Assembly: GCA_964019335.1 (NCBI GenBank)
Contig: OZ025669.1
Span: 186,001 to 250,000, forward strand
Direction: 5' to 3'
DNA: 64,000 bases
DNA from: Diplonema japonicum
Taxonomy: Eukaryota; Protista; Euglenozoa: Diplonemea
Shown: piece after piece, positions 20,301 through 28,040 of the stretch
Numbering within the stretch: the stretch's first letter is position 1
Layout: every line of letters starts with the position of its first letter
Notes under the pieces: model-generated
What the model saw: only the letters and a program-made list of their open reading frames with translations
The model's database searches: none
Told to the model about the DNA's origin: nothing
Translations under genes and position numbers: made by a program

Positions 20301-22787
20301 AAAAAGCGAAACGTTCTTCAGCAGCGTTGCGATCGACAGCTGGTACTCTTGCTCCGCCCTTTGGAACATTGTGTCCCTCTCTGCTTCCGTAAACAGCGGT
20401 ATCAACGCTTTTAAATCGTCCTTGGACAATGTGTAGAGCAAGGATGAGGTTTCGGAGATAACAATCGTCGTGCGCGGCACATCATAGAACAGGGTCACCT
20501 CGCCGTAATGACACCCCTCGTGCAGTTTGGAGTCGGGGTAACCTTTGACCTGTGCGCTGAGCTTTCCCCGTGAGATGAAGTACAGCTTGCCCTCACTCAC
20601 GAAGCTAGGATGCATGAGCTGTTGCTCTGGGGTACAGGACATCTGTTTGAGCTTGGCAACGACAAGACCACGTGAAGCATCTGACAGGTGAGCGAACACC
20701 AACACCGCCTTCACGCACACGTCAAGCACGTCCGATACGAATTTCGTTTGAAGTTTGCGCCTCACTTCTTCCTTTCCAGATAGACTGTCGAAGTCTTTCT
20801 TCCATAATTTGTAGACCAACGACTCGGTGGCGGCTACGATGGAGCATGTCCTTGGTGTGTCATTTAGCAGCGCAAGCACCCCATAGCTGCACGCGTCGCA
20901 AAGAGAACCCGTCTTCTCCCCGTTTTTATGGACAGTCAACGACCCCCTAATTACCACTAAAAATACCGATGCTTGATCGGACCCTTCTGTGAAGAGGAAT
21001 TCATCCTTCTCCACTCGTTCCTCCATCATGCTGTCCATGAGAGACTGCCTGAACGTGCTGCTGGAGCTGCTGAAGCCGTCAATGCTGAGCAGTATTCTGT
21101 CTAGCACCTCGTTCCTGAAGCATACTTGTGCCCTTGGGATGTACGCTGCCCTCTCAGAGGCCATCAGACGACTAAACTCAGCAGGACTTATACACATCAG
21201 CTCCACGTCAGTGACAGCAACAACAGACACGCATCTTGGATGCGGCAGCATCACAGACAAACCGCCGAAGCATTCCGCGTCACGCAACGTGATCGGAGCA
21301 CATAGTGCATTCTCCACTCGCACACAGCCGTTAAGTACAACGAAGAAGAGTAGCTCGTCACCGTCTGCTAAAATGGTCTCGCCGGCTTTATAGCAGGTGG
21401 ACACGAGAGCTGCAGCAAGACTGTCAAACACTTCATCGGGAAATGGGGAGAACAACGGGACGTTCCGTAGACAGGGCTTGATCACCGTGGTGTTGAAAAG
21501 CTTCACGCCCGTTGACTGGAAATTTGCTTTCACGAGAGGATCTGCTGCTGCCAGATCAGTGCACTGGCTTCGAGACAGCAGCAGTACCTGTGAGTCTACC
21601 TCAGCCCTCAAGGTGCCCACCACGGGTAGCGTGAAGTTTGTGCTCAGCTGATCTGCAGCATTGCCTTCTTTCAGAAACGAAGAGCCGCCATCGCTGTCAT
21701 ACCGCAGCCTCCCCGTGAGCACCATCACCATGTCGTCATACTTTCTGTGCCGTTCTTTCACCACATCGCCCTGTTGCAGTTGCTTGATCCTCAAACAAGA
21801 TGAGATGCGCTCCACATTCTTGTCGGGGAGGTCCGCGAAGATCTCAAGGTTCTTAAGAGAGTGCACAATCGAGACGCTAAAAAGCTCCCGTGCTCTCGTG
21901 GAGATAACAGTGCTGTGATGTGACAGCTTGCTATCCCCAAGGACGCGGAGTATAGCATCCCGGGTAAGGACGTATGCTTCTGTGTAACGGTGTGCGAGCA
22001 TGGGCTTGGCGGGGGTGTCAATGAGGAGGGATTCCTCGCCATAATGGGACCCCTCATGAAGGATGGACGAGCCTCTGTGCTTGAAGGCTTCGAGGCGACC
22101 TCTGGTGACGTAGACTAGGTTTCCAGTGGTAGTGATCCACTCGCCCTTCTCATAACTCTTCATGACCATCATGTGGGATATCTCGGAGAAGAAGAACTCG
22201 TTGTGGGAGGAATCAATTCCATGGAAGAGGGGTACCTTATGGGAGAGATACCGATATAAATGGAGTGTGAAGAGACGTGCTGACCGGGCCTTGAGAAGGG
22301 CACGGCGGGGAGGTGAAACAGAACTGACAAGGGATTGGAACGCAGCCCGAGTGATGACAAGGAGAGCGACATTCGTGTCGGCAATGGTATGAGATGAGCG
22401 GGGTGTGTTGTGGGTGAGTTCCATTTCATTCAAAGAACATCCCCGAGTAAGCGTGGAAGGGAGGAGGGGATGATCGACAGAGTACAAAATAACCCTGCCC
22501 CTCACCACCACATACATGGCACCACCGCCTTCCTTCTTGTTTGTGATGCTGTCCCCCGGGTTATACATCGCGAGGCACGCAATCCTGTCGATCTCTCTCA
22601 CCATCCATTCCCCAACCCCTTGCACCATTTCCAAGCCTTTCAAGCACTCCCTCCTCTCCTTCTTCTTTACCGCTGTGTCCTCAGGAATTTCATCACCTGC
22701 TACAAAATATTTCTCCGCATTTCCGGCAAGAAGCTGGTCCAATTTTCTCCTCTCGACCCTTCTTGGGTTAGGCGGGACAAGCTCCAT
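11379..22787 (-). CDS. Giant protein of 28 tandem cyclic-nucleotide-binding (CNB/cNMP) domains, apparently intronless
   Basis: One 11.4-kb ORF; ~130-aa unit (VPLF..EGEGGDEMYFVSRG.L.V..DGDFFGEVAL.YDTPRTATI.A) counted 28 times; first in-frame ATG at 22787. Confidence 0.93.
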   Translation of the reverse strand: MELVPPNPRRVERRKLDQLLAGNAEKYFVAGDEIPEDTAVKKKERRECLKGLEMVQGVGEWMVREIDRIACLAMYNPGDSITNKKEGGGAMYVVVRGRVILYSVDHPLLPSTLTRGCSLNEMELTHNTPRSSHTIADTNVALLVITRAAFQSLVSSVSPPRRALLKARSARLFTLHLYRYLSHKVPLFHGIDSSHNEFFFSEISHMMVMKSYEKGEWITTTGNLVYVTRGRLEAFKHRGSSILHEGSHYGEESLLIDTPAKPMLAHRYTEAYVLTRDAILRVLGDSKLSHHSTVISTRARELFSVSIVHSLKNLEIFADLPDKNVERISSCLRIKQLQQGDVVKERHRKYDDMVMVLTGRLRYDSDGGSSFLKEGNAADQLSTNFTLPVVGTLRAEVDSQVLLLSRSQCTDLAAADPLVKANFQSTGVKLFNTTVIKPCLRNVPLFSPFPDEVFDSLAAALVSTCYKAGETILADGDELLFFVVLNGCVRVENALCAPITLRDAECFGGLSVMLPHPRCVSVVAVTDVELMCISPAEFSRLMASERAAYIPRAQVCFRNEVLDRILLSIDGFSSSSSTFRQSLMDSMMEERVEKDEFLFTEGSDQASVFLVVIRGSLTVHKNGEKTGSLCDACSYGVLALLNDTPRTCSIVAATESLVYKLWKKDFDSLSGKEEVRRKLQTKFVSDVLDVCVKAVLVFAHLSDASRGLVVAKLKQMSCTPEQQLMHPSFVSEGKLYFISRGKLSAQVKGYPDSKLHEGCHYGEVTLFYDVPRTTIVISETSSLLYTLSKDDLKALIPLFTEAERDTMFQRAEQEYQLSIATLLKNVSLFQKTSLDVLVLLTNKLVSRVFPKGTQIIKEGEGGTDLFFVSRGLVGVYVLGYQVLQLVDGDYFGEVALVHNTPRTATIVAEQESQVLMLSRESFDDIVERYPTQRDEILTTAESRLRKFVLNELVKKVPMFGSDCSDAFMKRVVECLVPRKYQCGEYVIREGEGGDEMYFVSRGDLTVTIEGKEVHTMTDGGFLGEVALVYDIPRTATIQAASSLQLFVLSKSDFMAVLTDYPDESGSILYTAEKRLQTFVLDELVRKVPMFTGSSDLFIKEIVNKLKPARLQAGDMVIKEGDSTEKNCMYFVSRGDLNVISEGSIVHVMKDGDFFGEVALIYDTPRTASIKAASSALLFMLTQEDFVAVSKWFEDEMQGLRAIAETRFRTIINIMVQKIPLFRNVHSDSFMSEVSLKLTVKGYNKDTCVMREGEGGHEMYFVLRGSLSVTVDNALVRNMYDGNFFGEIALVYDTPRTATIRATLPSTLLVLTQEDFKSVLCKYPEIKDTVMETATARFQVFVLLELIKKVSLFHGVDNDFMRELAHVLIPLTFAAGESVIKEGMKGGEMYFVNRGLLQVSVGNEKVKRVSDGEYFGEVALVYDTTRTAGVHAIEKSHLFMLQRSDFNSVLSQHPSVSVAIFHVAQERFFRFVLLDLVNKVSMFQGSHSNFLSDLVLRLTPKSYYPGDLVIEEGGGGQEMFFISKGTLEILYAGTVVRTLNDGDFFGEVALIYDTPRTATIKAATMAQLYVLTRSDLEEVMIAYPLEANHIHEEAKARLKQFVLADLCKKVPIFSSTDNELIDDLVTKMEPVYYEEDEHVIKEGEGGDEMYFVSRGVLMVFMGTEEVCQLKDGDFFGEIALMFDTPRTATIKARVRSMLFVLSKFDFQAVMDRHDKAAEPIRRIAKQRLQKYVLQENVSKVPLFARCRDNDEFLGAVVEHLTVCTFEEGSFVINENAGGAEMYFISRGSLAVYIGCKLVTTLVDGGFFGEVALLYDTPRIASIKALTRSHLFVFTKENFDKVMERFPLQAESIKQIGQIRFRKFVLEDMVKKVPLFTRCKTSELIEEVVEQLEARKYVKGSSVIEEGGGGHEMYFISRGRLHVMVAGKLVHILTDGNFFGEVALLYDTPRTATIVAETDSHLFSLSNREFKNIMERYPLEAAWTKEIATSRFRKHVLQDIVKKVPIFKDSQDEDFLSKVVEQLRPKGFDTGDVIVREGEGGEEMYFISRGELGISINGIEVHTMKDGDFFGEIAIVYNTPRTATITAKTPSQLFVLMKENFSKIMTENEGVAAGVYTIAKQRFTQFLLTDFLRPHSFFHTSSTDFITELICKLSTRSYEQGDVIVTEGEGGDEMYYVSRGHLSVHVGGKQVHTMKDGDFFGEIALVYDTPRTATIFAENISNLFVLKRTDFYEVMDAFPADADIIRELAKIRLRRHVLGDIVRKVPMFASSHCEDFIAGLVKCLVPRGLEGDEFVVQEGEGGHEMYFVSRGELSVTVAGTKVHTMKDGDFFGEVALLFDTPRTATIKTTGRSGLFVLTKEDLLELMDEYPQAAQGITETADKRFRKHVLSDLVKNVPLFKTCTEEDFIKEIVELLEPKNYQAGEAVVQEGEGGDEMYFILRGQLTVSLAGKEVHVLRDGGFFGEIVLIYQTPRTATITAATSCMVLTLTRENFSAVMKKYPKLEEEVVALAKERLNAFVLEDIVKKVPLFKGCQEEQFIKDVVRCLDPQRYENGEHVISEGEGGNEMYFVSRGELTVVVEEKKVHTMKDGDFFGEVALIYDTPRTATILACGTSQLFVLGKDDLASVFEKYEQLAAGIKRTAGERLRISVLLPMLKKVPLFAQSSESFINDVMMCLLPRSITKGITLMKQGEGGDEMYFILRGVLSITISGKRIASIKDGSFFGEVALLYDTPRTASIVAHTKGQLYVLMRSSLLKVLQEYPKEAAVMRGIAKLRMTQYLEEIVVKNCLFESASSAFIKDLVNTMTPESYEKGQTIVEEGAGGDTMYFVSRGCLLVSSGEFNGHMRDGDFFGEVALVYDTPRTATITAESKTSLFVLSRAAFSSVISMYPVEGDAILDVARVRMGHFVLNDIVKKVPLFQDCEDTDFILAVVESLVPKGCVEGEVIMKEGEGGDEMYFVSRGELIVTSNGKKLHAMKDGDFFGEVALLFRTPRTATIQAATKSQLFVLKKAAFAELTKRFVTTAESIVEIARARFKLHVLSDLVKNVPLFKNCSDENFIKEIVEFLVPVSYEETETVVQEGEGGDEMYFILRGQLTVSLAGKEVHVLRDGGFFGEIVLIYQTPRTATITAATSCMVLTLTRENFSAVMKKYPKLEEEVVILAKERLNAFVLEDIVKKVPLFKGCQEEQFIKDVVRCLHPQRYENGEHVISEGEGGNEMYFVSRGELTVMVEEKNVHIMKDGDFFGELALIYDTPRTATILACGTSQLFVLGKDDLSCVMERYPVLVEQIKRIAEPRLQSVLRGLLKKVPLFVTCNDDAFLLHCVGLMEPKRFMKKQFIIREGMGGDEMYFVSRGEVSISIAGEEVSVLRDGSFFGEIALLFNTPRTATIMAKSDSTLFALHAKDFEEVMSQHVREAELITAIAKKRFNKFILKDIIQKVPLFAELKNRQFIDAIVDVLEFVLVEMDEFVIEKGDIGDGMYFVSRGELDVIVSDEEFFTIKDGGFFGEIALLYDMPRRASVITVSDCYLFKLGKTAFKRVMKEFSAVHDSIREIGKSRLETFVLRDLVQTVPLFKAMNDEKVLSAVCKMLTLEQIQIGVTVVRKGDPGKAMYFVSYGELEATLGNGKKIPLKPGSFFGEIALLITTGRTASIVTKTYCELYKLSKSDFATLVEVCPVFARLCEEKAKQHILKETLLSGVAGTSRTGVLRFCYNNLFYFNIAKKMKLLHLDTWKPEVAPTVRRKIARDIQLTTKSGIVEQGSWAVVSPTRQIRQDGVSISPRRQPLQSDNQAEGSPKGLPVVPRPV
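12969..15518. repeat. Near-identical internal direct repeat: 12969-13565 vs 14922-15518 (offset 1953 nt)
   Basis: Both copies start aaggtcgtctttccccaacacaaatagttgac and match including synonymous sites; ORF-track peptides at 13084/15034 and 13431/15384 are near-duplicates. Confidence 0.9.
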
Positions 22788-23881
22788 CTGCAGCCCATGC
22801 CTGTGTGTGGAGAGAATGAAACATGGCAAGAAATAGTGCAAATGAATGGAAAGGTAGGCTGGGGAAAGGGGGTAGAACGGAAAAAAAAAAAAAGTAAACT
22901 TAAAAAAAAAAAAAGCAGAAGCCGGGAGCGTGGAGGGCGGGTGGGGTGCAAAAGAAAGATCAGCACCTCCACAAGCAACATAAAGACGGGGGGTGGGGGG
23001 ACAAAAACCCTGCTCTTGTTCTTCTTAAGGGGAAGCATTTATAGTTCTTTTTACCTTGTTCTATGCCCCTTGTTTATATTGACATGCAGGCTTACTCTCC
23101 CCCCCACAGAACATAAAAACATCCTTCTTTGAAGATGAAAATAACTTACGCTTTGTACACGAGAGAAGGGGCCAGCAGGGGCAAAGCAAGGGATGGCCAG
23201 AAGGCAACTTGGTCCCTTGGTTCCTACTGATATTGCAGAGGAGAGAAGGAAAAAAAAAAAGAATAGGCAAAGTTACAGTGAGAGAGTGTAAGGTGTGCCT
23301 TTTATTTTTTTTTTTTCTTTTGAGGAAAAAAAAAACTTATGCCTCATATTCTATCTGCGTTGTCAGAGCAGTGTACAGTGCCAGAAACGGGTGTTTATGG
23401 GCGTTTTGGTGCCTCCAGTGATCCTTTGTGGAACCTCCGGATTCTTACTAAAAAACTCTTCCCACTTTAAAAGATATGAGGAGGTCAAAAAAAAAAGAAG
23501 AAAATAGGGGAGGGAAAAAAAGACCGAGAAAGAAAATAGGTTACTTAATAATCAAGCCCAGCAAAAAAAAAGAGCAAAAAAAACAAAAAAAACAGGGGGG
23601 GAGACAAGAGAGGCCCCCCTCTCGTACAGTTCCTCTTTTTTGTACTTTTTTTTTCCCCTCTTCAGTTCATATTGCTACTTTTCCTTCCCCTTTCCATTAT
23701 TTTCCTTCATTCTGAAAAGAGCAGATGTAATTTTCTTTTTTCTGCAGAGAGAGCCAACTTCTTTTTTTTTTTTTTTATCGCTTCCTGTAAGACAGAATAC
23801 ACAGGATGGCTTTTTTTTTTTTCCTACTAGGAAAAAAAAAAAAAAAGAAAAACTTTATAACCACATCCTCCCTTTTTTTTT

Positions 23882-24802
23882 TTAACATATTGTACAGCAA
23901 GACGATTCCTTACGAGTGCCGGACCAACCGTTCCGGAGAATCTCTGCAGCACCGTTGGTGACAATGCGCCTGCAGTCACGGTGAAGAATGGTGCGGTCGG
24001 TGGGAGAGAGTAACACGGTGGCGGGGATACCCTTCACACCGTAGAATGATTGCAGCTCCTTACGTCGGGAAGACTCTTCAAAGGGCAGCGCGTAGTAAGC
24101 ACCATGCTGCGCAAAGTAGTCATCAAACTCGTTCTGGTCACGGTCGCTACTAACGTATATAATAATGAGGTCATCACTCTTCGCGGTGTACTCCTCCCAG
24201 AAGTTCTTAAGCATCGGAGTGAACTTCCTGCAAGGCGGACACCAGTGCGCACTGAAGTACAGCATGATGTGTTTTCCCTCTAAAACCGTCCGTCCCACCT
24301 TTGTCCCATCTCGTTTAACAAACACACTTCCAAGATCGCTGTTGCCCGTCCGTATCGTTGCAGCCTCTACTTTATCGGCAGCTTTCCAAGGCCAGCCGGA
24401 ACCTTCTGAGTCTTGCACTATCATGTTTCTGGCGTTCGTGCATACTACTTCTCCTGTCTTTGCGTCGAGGGTGATCAATGTTGGGATGGACTTTACCTGG
24501 TACTTTGTGCTGAGTGTGCTCTTGAGTTCCCTCTCTCTGTACGGGAGGGCCAGCCAGGGCATTGTCTTGAAGTAGCCGAGCATGTCGCCCTCGGAGTTGT
24601 CCCCGCTCATCAGAACGATCTCGAAGTTCTTCTCCTTTGCAAACCTTGTGTAGAAGTCCGCCAGCTGTGGGGTGAACGCCTTGCACGGCGGGCACCATGA
24701 CGCGCTGAAGTACAGCAGGACGTACTGCTTCCCCGACAGCATCGAAGCCCTGTCTCCCTCCACTTCGTTTGTCCCCAACAACTTCGGGCCTAAGAAGTCC
24801 AT
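23882..24802 (-). CDS. Tandem two-domain tryparedoxin/nucleoredoxin-like oxidoreductase with C-terminal CaaX-like motif
   Basis: LYFSASWCPPCKAFTP and LYFSAHWCPPCRKFTP active sites, MPWLALPY and VKSIPTL motifs; ends SSCCTIC*. Confidence 0.9.
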   Translation of the reverse strand: MDFLGPKLLGTNEVEGDRASMLSGKQYVLLYFSASWCPPCKAFTPQLADFYTRFAKEKNFEIVLMSGDNSEGDMLGYFKTMPWLALPYRERELKSTLSTKYQVKSIPTLITLDAKTGEVVCTNARNMIVQDSEGSGWPWKAADKVEAATIRTGNSDLGSVFVKRDGTKVGRTVLEGKHIMLYFSAHWCPPCRKFTPMLKNFWEEYTAKSDDLIIIYVSSDRDQNEFDDYFAQHGAYYALPFEESSRRKELQSFYGVKGIPATVLLSPTDRTILHRDCRRIVTNGAAEILRNGWSGTRKESSCCTIC

Positions 24803-25060
24803 TTTTTTTTCTTTTGCGCGTGCTAATTGAATTTCGTGCTGATTGAAACTGGACCAAAAAAATAAGATAACTCAAAAGAAGCCCTTTTGAGGAAAATACT
24901 GAGTCAATAAGGGTAATAGAAACGCGGCAGCGGAAGCATGCCCTTGTGGGGGGGGGGGGGGGGGGGATCTTATCGCCCGGTACGGTTGGGACATCTTTCT
25001 TTGGGTGTAAATGGAGAAAAGGTTAAGTTGAAGGGGGGGGGGGGGGGGGGGGGGGAAGAA

Positions 25061-26869
25061 TCATGCCGCCTTTTGTGGATGTTCCCTCAGCTGAACAGTA
25101 AGAGCCTTGTCCAGGTCCGGGTAAGCTAGGCTGCACTCGCTTGCCTCTATCTTCGGGCAATTTGGTGCTATGAGGCCAAGCATCCGCATGGCTATATGCT
25201 TTTCCATGATCTGACCTTGCTTTATCCGGAGCAGCTTGTGGTTGTACGTGTACTTTCCTGTGACATGGACAAAGATGGCACTCTTAAGGTATTCTATCCT
25301 TGCAGCTTGCATCTCAGGAAGGAGATGCGGAAAGCTCCAGGTAGGGGGAGGCACACACGTGAAGGGTGTAGGGGTGGTTCCGTTCGCCAGGTTCTCTGTG
25401 TGGAGCAGCTCCCTGGCGATTTCCTGGTCGGTGATCTCCCCCATCTGGAACCCGTCTTCACGCAGTGCAGACACTGCTTGCAGTCTTTTTGGCAGTACGA
25501 GGTTCTCCCTCAGCTCCCACTCGACGTCTGTGAGCGGGCCGAAGTACTTCATCGACGAGTCAGTCCTCCCGTTCTTGCACACATAGTACTTCTTCCCATT
25601 CATCTCCTGCAAACTGGAGTCTGGGCAAATCATGCGCATGACGTCCATGTATCCTTGCACAGTCAGCTTCCCTGCGTCCATGTCGCGTATCAGTATTTGC
25701 GCTGTCTTCGTCCGCAGCTTCCTGTTCCCCAACCCCAGATCCTTCAATCGCTTCACCAACTGCCACTCCCTCAACGCACGCCGCCCGTTGATGTGCGGCC
25801 GCGGTGCGTCCATGTCGCCTTCCTTCTGCAGTGCATCCCGCCACCACAGCAGCTCCTCAGACCACATTCTGACAAAGGTCAATGCTTGCGGTGTGGGCGA
25901 TGCATGAATGATACCTGTGTTGGGCCACACGCGGAAGGCATGTTTGTCTGTCTCACCACGTTCACCGCACTGCATTGCCAGACCCGAGGGGAGCTTTTTC
26001 AGGAGGTGCGACGGGTCCTTCACAGCAAGCACGTCGCTGTCGAGCATAAGGACTGCGACATTGGCATTGAGGAGACCCTCGAGGTACTTTGGCTTGCAGT
26101 GCATGGCGGAGAGAGTCCCTGTTTTGGACCTGTAGCTGTCCATGACGGTGGTGACAGATGATGCGTGCGAGCCCTCACGGAGCCATGGGCACAGGACGGA
26201 AGCACGCACGTCGGCCCATGCGAGGCCCCGTCGGTTGCACCACTTGATGACAGCGTCATCTTGGGCACCGATAAGAATGCCCTTGGTATGGCCTTGGGAG
26301 ACGTTTAGGTTGTGCACCCAGATGTGGAGGAGAGGAAGGGCACGGCAGTTGGTGAGGGTGGTGATGATGCGCTTGTTGTGTGCTGCGTTGCGGACGGTAA
26401 GGAGGAACGTGCGGTCAACGGTGGCGTCGCACTTGCTGAGCATCTTGTACAGCACACCAGACGTGGTATTCAGCTTGCGAGCGTAGCCATTCCGGTACCC
26501 TTGGTAGCCGCACCTTGCATCCCCCGACACCCCTGCACAGGCGGGGTCCACCCTGCACTCCTTCGCTGCGTCGTCGAAGGTATCAAACCATCCCTCGCTC
26601 CCCATACACAGCCTGCCCCCCCGTCCGCTTGGGGTGCCGTATTCACACGGCCGTCCCCTGCACACCATCTTCTTCCAAAAACACCCTGGTTCTTCCCTTC
26701 CTACAACAATGTGAGCAAGAACGGCCGGGCCACTGCTGTTCACTTGCTCCTTCAACTGTGTCTGTGTAGCATGCTCGCCATCCTCCCGCTTTAACCCTTT
26801 GAAGTACAGTAGCAGCAGCACCACTGCCAGATAAACGTACACATGTATGAAGGTCGATCTCAGCCTCAT
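25061..26869 (-). CDS. Type II membrane GT-A glycosyltransferase (nucleotide-diphospho-sugar transferase/GT77-like)
   Basis: N-terminal anchor FIHVYVYLAVVLLLLYF; VLMLDSDVLAVKDP DxD motif; NTG, TDQE and FVHVTG motifs. First ATG 26869. Confidence 0.72.
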   Translation of the reverse strand: MRLRSTFIHVYVYLAVVLLLLYFKGLKREDGEHATQTQLKEQVNSSGPAVLAHIVVGREEPGCFWKKMVCRGRPCEYGTPSGRGGRLCMGSEGWFDTFDDAAKECRVDPACAGVSGDARCGYQGYRNGYARKLNTTSGVLYKMLSKCDATVDRTFLLTVRNAAHNKRIITTLTNCRALPLLHIWVHNLNVSQGHTKGILIGAQDDAVIKWCNRRGLAWADVRASVLCPWLREGSHASSVTTVMDSYRSKTGTLSAMHCKPKYLEGLLNANVAVLMLDSDVLAVKDPSHLLKKLPSGLAMQCGERGETDKHAFRVWPNTGIIHASPTPQALTFVRMWSEELLWWRDALQKEGDMDAPRPHINGRRALREWQLVKRLKDLGLGNRKLRTKTAQILIRDMDAGKLTVQGYMDVMRMICPDSSLQEMNGKKYYVCKNGRTDSSMKYFGPLTDVEWELRENLVLPKRLQAVSALREDGFQMGEITDQEIARELLHTENLANGTTPTPFTCVPPPTWSFPHLLPEMQAARIEYLKSAIFVHVTGKYTYNHKLLRIKQGQIMEKHIAMRMLGLIAPNCPKIEASECSLAYPDLDKALTVQLREHPQKAA

Positions 26870-27188
26870 GTTACATGCGGAGGCCTGCGATGGAGTGAGC
26901 ACACGGTGGCGTAAAGGAGACAAGAGAAAAAAAAATGGACTATTATTTACCGTTTAAAATAATCAAATATCCCTTCGCCCAATCCCCCGAGAAGAAATCT
27001 TGAAAACACAGAGAAATAAAAATCTAACCTGAAGGTAGGGGGGGAAGAAGAAGAAGAAGAAAAAAAAAAGAACTGCCATTCAGCGATTCTATGTACAACA
27101 AACGTTCCCCTCCCTCCCTCCCCCCTTTCTTTTTTACTATGTATTGAAAAACACAGAATGAAAAAAAAAAAAAAAAAAAACGCACGGA

Positions 27189-28040
27189 CTAAGGCGAGCG
27201 GCTTCGGGATCTAGACGCAGAGCGTTGTCGGAAAGGGGACCTGCCAGGTGAGGAGACGGACGACTTTTTAAAGGATTGCAGTCGGGCGTACTTATTGAAG
27301 GTCCGTGACGCGACATCGAAGTCAGAGGAGGGGGTGTAGTCGCCAGGGCCCGCGTCCGTGCACGGCACGGTGGCAACAAAGCCGCTACTGTTCACGTGTC
27401 CCATAAAACTGCGAGACGCCGCCGACCCTCCCAAGGGAGGCGCTGCCGAACCGCTTCTCGTCTTGTGCTTCTTCTCCTTGTAGTCGTCAGGGTTGTAGGA
27501 GGGACCGGGTGTGTCTGTAAAATGTCGCCACCCATCCCGTTCGCCTTTTGACGGGCTTCGCCAACATGACGACGATCCCCGTCTGAGGCTGCTGTACTCC
27601 CTTACGTACTCTCCAGGACCAGGGCTTGATTTGTTTTCTATTGGAATTCGGCTTTTTGTGTCTTTTTTTGAAATTACTGCCGCGGAGCCTATTTTTACCT
27701 TTTCTTGTGAAGCGGTGTATGATCCGACTCCAGGGGTTGCTGGGTCTTGCATCCAGCCGCCGTTTCGTGGTGTGCCCCATCCAAGGTTTTTTGACTTTGA
27801 GGCGCGTGAAGTTGTCACATGGTCGAAGCTGCTGAACACCTTACCGATTCCTGGTGCGGGGCTTGCTTCTTCTCTTTTCTTCTGTCTTGTCGTGCGAGCG
27901 AACCCAGGGCTTTTCCCCTGCGTTAGCCTGAGGCTGCTGTAGGTGCCCCTGCCTATCTCGCACTTCAGGGTCGTCTCGTTGATCATCTTCATCTCATCCT
28001 GCCTGTTCTTTTTGTTCATCTCTCGCGGCAGGCCCATCAT
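27189..28040 (-). CDS. SHIPPO/PGP-repeat (ODF3/STPG-like) axonemal protein
   Basis: Repeats TPGVGSY, SPGPGEY, TPGPSY, AGPGDY in a basic low-complexity protein. Confidence 0.75.
   Translation of the reverse strand: MMGLPREMNKKNRQDEMKMINETTLKCEIGRGTYSSLRLTQGKSPGFARTTRQKKREEASPAPGIGKVFSSFDHVTTSRASKSKNLGWGTPRNGGWMQDPATPGVGSYTASQEKVKIGSAAVISKKDTKSRIPIENKSSPGPGEYVREYSSLRRGSSSCWRSPSKGERDGWRHFTDTPGPSYNPDDYKEKKHKTRSGSAAPPLGGSAASRSFMGHVNSSGFVATVPCTDAGPGDYTPSSDFDVASRTFNKYARLQSFKKSSVSSPGRSPFRQRSASRSRSRSP

Noticed and set aside
11379-22787. CRISPR-like or transposon repeat array
   Set aside because: Repeats are ~390-nt in-frame protein domains; no spacers, cas, transposase or RT genes in the window.
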